NCBI GenBank assembly: GCA_021826425.1
Contig: JAKAZY010000002.1
Coordinates: forward strand, 1 to 39,568
Source: Pseudomonadota bacterium
GTDB taxonomy: Bacteria; Pseudomonadota; Alphaproteobacteria; Acetobacterales; Acetobacteraceae
Length of the DNA stretch: 39,568 bases
Reading direction: 5' to 3'
Notes under the pieces: generated by a model
What the model was told of the DNA's origin: nothing
The model's input: the letters and a program-made list of their open reading frames with translations, nothing else
The model's database searches: none
Translations under genes and position numbers: made by a program
Shown here: in pieces, positions 39,446 to 39,568 of the stretch
Layout: the number at the start of each line of letters is the position of its first letter
Position numbering within the stretch: the first letter of the stretch is position 1

Positions 39446-39568
39446 GAGCCTGTCCTGGTAATCTTTACGGCAGCAATTATCTGCATTAGCCCCGTGTTTT
39501 CATTTTCGGCGCTCCCCCTCAAGCGGTGAGTTTTGCGAGGTTATGGGCGGTGCAGATCATTGCCCATT
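39446..39568 (-). mobile_element. 3' end of an IS1182-family (IS5-like DDE) element
   Basis: Minus strand 39568-39519 encodes (E)WAMICTAHNLAKLTA*, a typical IS1182 transposase C-terminus; the terminus ...GGACAGGCTC abuts CTAG (39442-39445), a plausible target site. Confidence 0.7.

Larger units (their letters stand above)
37153..39568 (-). mobile_element. IS1-family element with probable passenger genes (other end outside the window)
   Basis: Terminal sequence GGTAGTGTCTCAGTTTGAAAT (37153-37173), IS1-like GGT start, overlaps the transposase stop; no partner IR seen directly upstream of the transposase; lower-GC genes follow. Confidence 0.55.

Overview
GC-rich alphaproteobacterial DNA, probably Acetobacteraceae-like (an inference from the B-type Hint/BIL surface protein and the TonB-receptor signal style). 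Left part (0.6-16 kb): a complete aerobic trimethylamine-oxidation cluster (APC permease tmoP-like, tdm, dmmDABC, tmm, folB), a large Hint-domain adhesin-like protein and a histamine/trimethylamine-dehydrogenase-family flavoprotein. Middle (16-23 kb): decayed cargo, namely pgm as sole survivor of an eroded glgA-pgm-glgX operon, a class I cytochrome c, and a TonB-dependent receptor pseudogene with six lesions. Right part (23-37 kb): an oxalate/glyoxylate assimilation cluster (gcl, two IclR regulators, a gcl relic, panE2-like reductase, hyi, glxR, FAH-family hydrolase, GntR, frc, orphan sucC, oxlT) with no oxc in the window. Far right: an IS1-family element apparently carrying an XRE-HTH/ImmA-IrrE peptidase gene, whose upstream overlapping partner gene is cut by an IS1182-like element. 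Seven loci carry a family of TAG...CTA-bounded palindromic intergenic repeats (CIR/RIME/RPE-like) with conserved outer arms, sequence-variable inner stems and mosaic copies; three overlap TAG stop codons. No rRNA, tRNA or CRISPR array was seen. All protein assignments are from recognised motifs and remembered family sequences, not from database searches.
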